Of a DNA stretch of 54,972 nucleotides, positions 49,801-54,972 are shown one piece after another. The position numbers and the translations under genes were made by a program. Under the pieces are notes generated by a model. That model had not been told where the DNA came from. It ran no database searches and saw nothing but the letters and a program-made list of their open reading frames with translations. The DNA is from Octopus bimaculoides. Taxonomy: Eukaryota. Every line of letters starts with the position of its first letter. The first letter of the stretch is position 1. The stretch is taken from contig NC_069001.1 in NCBI RefSeq assembly GCF_001194135.2, forward strand, positions 8,118,971 to 8,173,942. The letters run 5' to 3'.

Positions 49801-51225
49801 TCACGGTGATAATGGTTCTATTTCTGTATGAGTGCGTTTGTGAATATTTAAGCAATGATTCTGAGAGAATGATTTACCACAGATATGACAGCAATATGGC
49901 TTTTCTCCTGTATGAACACGTTTATGCACAGTTAAGTTTCCATTTTGAGAGAATGATTTACCACAAACATCACAGCGATATGGTTTCTCTCTTGTATGGA
50001 CACGTTTGTGTACAGTTAAATTGTTACTTTCAGTGAATGATTTACCACAGACATCACAATGATAAGGTGTTTCTCCTGTATGTAGGCGTTTGTGGTTAAT
50101 TAAGATACCATTGTAAGAGAATGATTTACCACAGATGTCACAGCTATAGGGTCTCTCTCCTGTATGCAGACGTTTATGTATAGCTAAGGTACCACTTTCA
50201 GCGAATGATCTACCACAAATATCACAATGATATGGCTTTTCCCCTGAATGAATGCGTTTGTGAACAGTTACTTTAGCTTTCCGAAGGAACGATTTACCAC
50301 AGATATTACAGTGGTATGGTTTTTCTCCTGTATGAACACGTTTATGCACATTTAAGTATCTTTTCTGAGCAAATGATTTACCACAAACATCACAGTAATA
50401 TGGCTCCATTCTAATATGTATGTCTTTGTGTTTTGTTAAGTTAGAATTTACTGAGAACGATTTACCACAGATATCACAATGATATGGTTTCTCTCCTGTA
50501 TGAGTATATTTGTGAATAGTTAAGTAACTATTCTGAGAGAATGATTTACCACACACATTACAATGATATGGTTTCTCTCCTGTATGAGTGCGTTTGTGAA
50601 CAGGTAAATAACCATTTACAGAGAATGATTTACCACAGATATCACAATGATATGGTTTCTCTCCTGTATGAGTGCGTTTATGAGAAGTTAAGTAACTACT
50701 TCGAGCGAATGATGTACCACAGATATCACAATGATATGGTTTCTCTCCTGAATGAGTGCGTTTGTGAATAGTTAAATAGCCAGTTAGAGAAAAGGATTTA
50801 CCACAGATATCACAAGGATATGGTTTCTCTCCTGTATGAGTGTATTTGTGAGTAGTTAAAGAAACTTTTTGAGAGAATGACTGACCACAGATATCACAAT
50901 GATATGGTTTCTCTCCTGTATGAGTGCGTTTGTGAGTAATTAAGTTACTGCTTACAGAGAATGATTTACCACAGACATCACAGTGATAGGGCATCTCTCC
51001 TGTATGGAGATGTTTGTGTCTAATTAAGTTACTATTTCTGGAGAAGGATATGCCACATATATCGCAATGATATGGCTTTCCTCCTGTGTGAATGCGTTTG
51101 TGTTCAGTTAAGGTGACACCTACAGAGAATGATTTACCACAGATATTGCAGAGACAAGGTTTTTCTCTTCTATGAAAGCGTTTCTTCCTAGGCAAGTTAC
51201 TACTGCCTAAAAATGATTTATACAT
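49801..51225 (-). CDS. ZNF-8: C2H2 zinc-finger protein, 16 fingers, 474 aa, starting at an internal ATG
   Basis: Intact ORF of 25 aa plus 16 fingers. Acceptor ttatttcag at 51941-51942. Confidence 0.9.
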   Translation of the reverse strand: MYKSFLGSSNLPRKKRFHRREKPCLCNICGKSFSVGVTLTEHKRIHTGGKPYHCDICGISFSRNSNLIRHKHLHTGEMPYHCDVCGKSFSVSSNLITHKRTHTGEKPYHCDICGQSFSQKVSLTTHKYTHTGEKPYPCDICGKSFSLTGYLTIHKRTHSGEKPYHCDICGTSFARSSYLTSHKRTHTGEKPYHCDICGKSFSVNGYLPVHKRTHTGEKPYHCNVCGKSFSQNSYLTIHKYTHTGEKPYHCDICGKSFSVNSNLTKHKDIHIRMEPYYCDVCGKSFAQKRYLNVHKRVHTGEKPYHCNICGKSFLRKAKVTVHKRIHSGEKPYHCDICGRSFAESGTLAIHKRLHTGERPYSCDICGKSFSYNGILINHKRLHTGETPYHCDVCGKSFTESNNLTVHKRVHTREKPYRCDVCGKSFSQNGNLTVHKRVHTGEKPYCCHICGKSFSQNHCLNIHKRTHTEIEPLSP

Positions 51226-51565
51226 TTCTCTTGTATGAATGCGTTTGTGTGCATTTAATGCAATTGCTCAAGAGAATGATTTACCACAGATGTCGAAATG
51301 CTATGACCTTTCTGCTCTATGAATATGTTTGTGTTTAGTTAAGTTACTGCTTCGAAGAAACAACTTACCACAAATATTTGACTGAAATGGTGTTTTTCTC
51401 CTGTATGAATAAATTTGCAAGTAGTTAGGCTACTCTTTGAAGAAAATAGCCTTCAAGGTTAATATGAGGTTGTATGTGTTTCTTACAGTATCTCATGCAA
51501 AAAGCCAAGCTTTTTATATTATATTTTGTCTTTAAACTGTTTACACAGAATTAATTTTCCACTAT
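51226..51565 (-). pseudogene. Dead ancestral N-terminus and three dead fingers upstream of the ZNF-8 ORF
   Basis: GTG GAA AAT TAA replaces ATG GAA AAT GAA. The fingers carry a frameshift, lost Cys residues, and TAG and TGA codons. Confidence 0.8.
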
Positions 51566-52444
51566 ACTTCTTCTCTCTTCCCAATAAAGTTTTCTTCATT
51601 AATTTTGTATTTCATTTCCAACAGATATTTCTCCTGCTATATTTCCATCAACTGTTAACAGTGAGGCATCTGAGGATGCTGCAAACTCCTTTACAAACTT
51701 GTCCAAGTTTCATTAGACTACAAATTCATCTTCTCCACATTCCAGAGAGCAAAGTAAAAAAGTGTCACAAATAATCTCACTCAGATGAAATATTTCAGAG
51801 AAACTTATACCACAGATTTCTACAAAACGGGTTCTATCTGTTCGGTGTAGCAGCTTCTTTTACTCTTTTTAAAAGATGATAAATATTGATGATGCATGTG
51901 AAGTAAAAAGACTCTTTAATTACCAATGCCATCTGACGTTCTGAAATAAAAAAAAAACAACATATCAAGAATACTTAAAAAGCAGATATTTAACAGTTTC
52001 AATTTTACATATCTATATAGATAATCTATATAGAACTGAACTTTACCATATAATTTTTCCATTAAAATTATATCATACAACGTCTATAAAGTTTTAGACA
52101 ACAGCCACTACACCTTCAGGTTGTATAACATTATAGTAATAAATTACAGAATAATGAACAATAAAATTCCTCTCTCCACAGAAATGTTATTTCACACTGC
52201 TTTGAATCCCAGACAGGACAGAGCAGATTTATGATTAAAATTATTCCAAATCAGGCCAACAGTGTCCTTTGTTTTTTAAAATGATAGGGTATGATCTGAG
52301 TGAACTTGAAGTTAATATAATGGGTCCAATGGAATAGATCTCTGCATAAATTTCTCAAGACATATAGATTTTAACCAATTTCCCATTACAAAAGGAAATA
52401 TCTTAAGAAGTTTCCACGTTAGAGATGGACTATATGTAATCTGA

Positions 52445-52855
52445 ACCTTTCCCCCCCCCCCTTATTTATTAATTTTTTTTTACGGAATCCCACGTTTTAG
52501 GCTATGGAGATTCCGATTCTGAAAAAAAAATTTTAAAGGGGGGGGGGTATACCCAGATTACATATACTCCATCTCCACCGGAANNNNNNNNNNNNNNNNN
52601 NNNNNNNNNNNNNNNNNNNNNNNNNNNNNNNNNNNNNNNNNNNNNNNNNNNNNNNNNNNNNNNNNNNNNNNNNNNNNNNNNNNNNNNNNNNNNNNNNNNN
52701 NNGGGGGGGTCGAAATTTTGAAATTGAGATTTTTGAAAATTTTTTTCCAGAATCGGATTCTCCATGGTCTGAAACATAGGATTCCGTAAAAAAAAAAAAA
52801 TTTTAAAGGGGGGGGGGTATACCCAGATTACATATACTCCATCTCCACCGGAAAG
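52445..52855. repeat. Palindromic MITE-like element broken by a gap
   Basis: ttacggaatccc...gagattccgattctg is inverted as cagaatcggattctcc...ggattccgtaa. A ~55-bp block is duplicated on both sides of the gap. Confidence 0.6.
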
Positions 52856-53069
52856 GGAAATACTGAAGTTCTCTCAGATTAGATTATAGTGAAGCGGTAA
52901 AGTCTGATGTTGTATTCAATACTAGCCAGAAAAATATAAAACGAAATAACATGGGCTTTCCACTAATATTTTAAAGATTTGTTTCTAGTAAGCGCTCACT
53001 TCTGTATAATCGAAGAGAAACATAATTCTATTTACACATTTACAGTTTCAAAGAAAATCGTCAACTTAC

Positions 53070-53280
53070 CGTTTTGAGGTGTAAACAATGAATCGTTGTG
53101 TTGTGCTTCCTTACTAAACGATGAAAGAAATGATTTCGTTGTTACGGTGCTGTTTCCAAAGATTTTAGCATCATTATTCTAAAGCAAAAACTGCGACTGA
53201 AATGGAACACACAATTCTTTTGTCTGAATAAGCAACAAAGCTGGCTCTCTGTTTATAGCCGCAGTTTCTGCACGAAATAC
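53070..53280 (-). promoter_or_regulatory. Putative non-coding exon 1 / TSS region of ZNF-8
   Basis: Donor GTAAGT at 53069-53064. Motifs ggtgtaaaca and agccgcagtttc (53257-53268). The intron start is homologous to those of ZNF-3 and ZNF-4. Confidence 0.6.
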
Positions 53281-53799
53281 ACACACACACGCACAAATGC
53301 ATGCACAAACGCAATCTTGAAATAAAACTGAACAATGATATACATAGTGATTGCTCCATCTTCACACATGATTGCTGTCTTCTTGTGTTTCCTCGTTGGC
53401 AATAGCACGTGAGCGAGGGGAAGAGGTAAACCTTGTACATGTAGAGTGAGAGATACATGGTAGTAGAGAAAAAGAGATAATTTGGTGCAGTGAAGGGTGA
53501 TCGTTATAAAATAATTGCGGAGAGGGACAATATTTAAAATTAAGGAGAGATGACGAGTGATGTGATTCTGAACAGTGAGAATGATAACTGGTTTCACAGA
53601 AGAATACGACGAAATACTTAGTTCTACTTTCATTTAATTCCAATTACAACAGCAGAATATTAAAGTAATAGTAGTAGGGCTAGTGATAGGAAGATGGTAG
53701 GTGGTGAGGGAAAGCTTAAAAAAGTAATTGGTTGAAAGCGCAATTTTGTATGTGTACACGCACTCTCTCTCTCTCACACACACATTGTATTTCCAGGAT

Positions 53800-54515
53800 C
53801 TGTTTCGTCAAGACTGGCTAGTCTTCTTGATTAATGCATATCCAAGTCCTTTGATATCTCTTCCATGAGGTTCAAAGTCCTAAGATCAGCCTTCACTTCT
53901 TTGTTCCATGTCTTCCTGGATCTCTTCCACAAGCTCCACCCAACTTAAGTGATCAGCACTTTATACACCTCTTCTCATCTATACGCATCAGATGTATAGA
54001 CCCGTGAAGTTTTCTTCCTTGCACTCTACATCTGGTTCCTCTTACGCCTAATTTTTCTTTCAATGTATTCGTGTCTTGTCGTTCATGTACACTTACGTTG
54101 CACATTCAACAGAACATGCTCGCTTCTTGTCTTTCTAGCCTTCTCAAGTCCTCCGCATTCAGGGCCTATGTCTAAATACCATATACCATTGCTCTTCGTA
54201 CATAAGCTTCATACAATGTCTTTCACTTTGAGAGAGACACCAGGGAAACAGCCTTGCTCAGAATGTAAGACAAAAATACAATGCACCCGATGCAAACTAT
54301 GGATATACAAGAGGTGCAATGGAATCGTAGGTTTATAACAGAGAAATTAGTGTCCGTATGTGGAAGATGTTCAGGAGCAATAAAGAGTAAGGATGTACGG
54401 GAAATAGGCTTTCCCAAGCATGCAGGAAGATCTCAAGAGGTAGTAAATAGTTTCTGTTACCTAGGTGATCTAATTAGCAGTGAAATAGAATCTTCTGAAA
54501 GGATAGATGTTTAGT
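53800..54515. mobile_element. RTE-type LINE fragment with a 5' inversion
   Basis: Minus strand 53800-54240 encodes YEAYVRRAMVYG..ALNAEDLRRLER. Plus strand 54245-54515 encodes CTRCKLWIYKRC...VCGRCSGAI...VVNSFCYLGDLIS. Confidence 0.8.
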
Positions 54516-54763
54516 TAGAGTGTAGTGTCACTTATCTATTGTATGTAAGTTGGTAAAAGGAAAAATATGAGAAGGCAATTTTTATACGTGTGTGTGCGCG
54601 TGCGTTTATATAGGTTGATCATCTTGTAGAAGCTGTACACTTTCAAAGCTTTCTTCTGGCACAAAATCAAAGTGACATAAAAAATATATATCGCCATTAC
54701 ATACTATCTTCTCATTTAAATATAAATAAATGCGAGCGTAGTAGAGAACCCATTCCTTGTCCA

Positions 54764-54945
54764 TCACGTGACTGATCATTATTCGAATCGGCACCTTCTT
54801 CGAACCGTTCCCGCCAGAACGCAAACTGACCAATCACGGCCCCTAATAAGGTCACGTGATAGAGTATATTTCTACCATCTGGTGAGCCAATAGTTTGTTA
54901 TAAATAGCTTTAACTCGGCAGCCAAATTCGTCTCGGTCCAGTTTC
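54764..54945 (+). promoter_or_regulatory. Putative Pol II promoter of a gene beyond the window end
   Basis: TCACGTGAC (54764-54772), CCAAT (54830), GTCACGTGA (54851-54859), CCAAT (54887) and TATAAATA (54899-54906) in canonical order. Confidence 0.65.
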
Positions 54946-54972
54946 TCTTTGAGAACTGTTCCGTGTACCACA

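Larger units (their letters stand above)
45071..52910. repeat. Tandem segmental duplication: ~45071-47670 versus ~49115-52910
   Basis: Both copies start gaattctacaacttagggttgtgtcagaaagatgg. The 3' flank, leader and intron are colinear and highly similar. Confidence 0.9.

Noticed and set aside
2316-50771. Plus-strand ORFs antisense to the arrays ([16 protein letters not shown] repeats at 2316, 7650, 39098, 46006, 49806, 50541)
   Set aside because: They are shadow frames of the 84-bp finger repeat with no independent coding evidence.
11776-52777. ORF-track entries containing long X runs (near 11.8, 23.7, 26.1, 40.8 and 52.5 kb)
   Set aside because: They are artefacts of N gaps at 11868-11996, 23823-24191, 26146-26789, 40813-41059 and 52584-52702.
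52527-52853. ~55-bp block duplicated either side of the gap
   Set aside because: This is most likely an assembly overlap caused by homopolymers and the palindrome.

Overview
AT-rich, repeat-dense eukaryotic DNA with six N gaps. The C2H2 gene style and SINE repertoire suggest a coleoid cephalopod, probably Octopus (inference). The window is a tandem cluster of eight head-to-tail, minus-strand C2H2 zinc-finger units (ZNF-1 to ZNF-8) with no recognisable KRAB, SCAN or BTB domain. The units repeat one cassette: a short non-coding exon 1, an intron of 1-3 kb, a conserved splice acceptor, a leader of about 220-450 nt, a conserved ~30-aa N-terminal peptide, a variable finger array, and usually a tail of dead fingers. 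ZNF-2, -3, -5, -6 and -8 have intact ORFs with 16, 10, 12, 12 and 16 fingers. ZNF-1 is frameshifted, ZNF-4 is cut mid-finger by an RTE LINE, and ZNF-7 spans a gap. ZNF-7 and ZNF-8 are a recent duplicate pair that lost the ancestral start codon and appear to restart from a new ATG created inside a dead finger. The spacers hold at least three tRNA-type SINE families, Tc1/mariner and piggyBac-like MITEs, foldback elements, and RTE, Penelope-like, Tc1 and mariner remnants. A TATA/CCAAT/E-box promoter points out of the right end. All alignments and coordinates were read by eye, so repeat boundaries are approximate and family names tentative.
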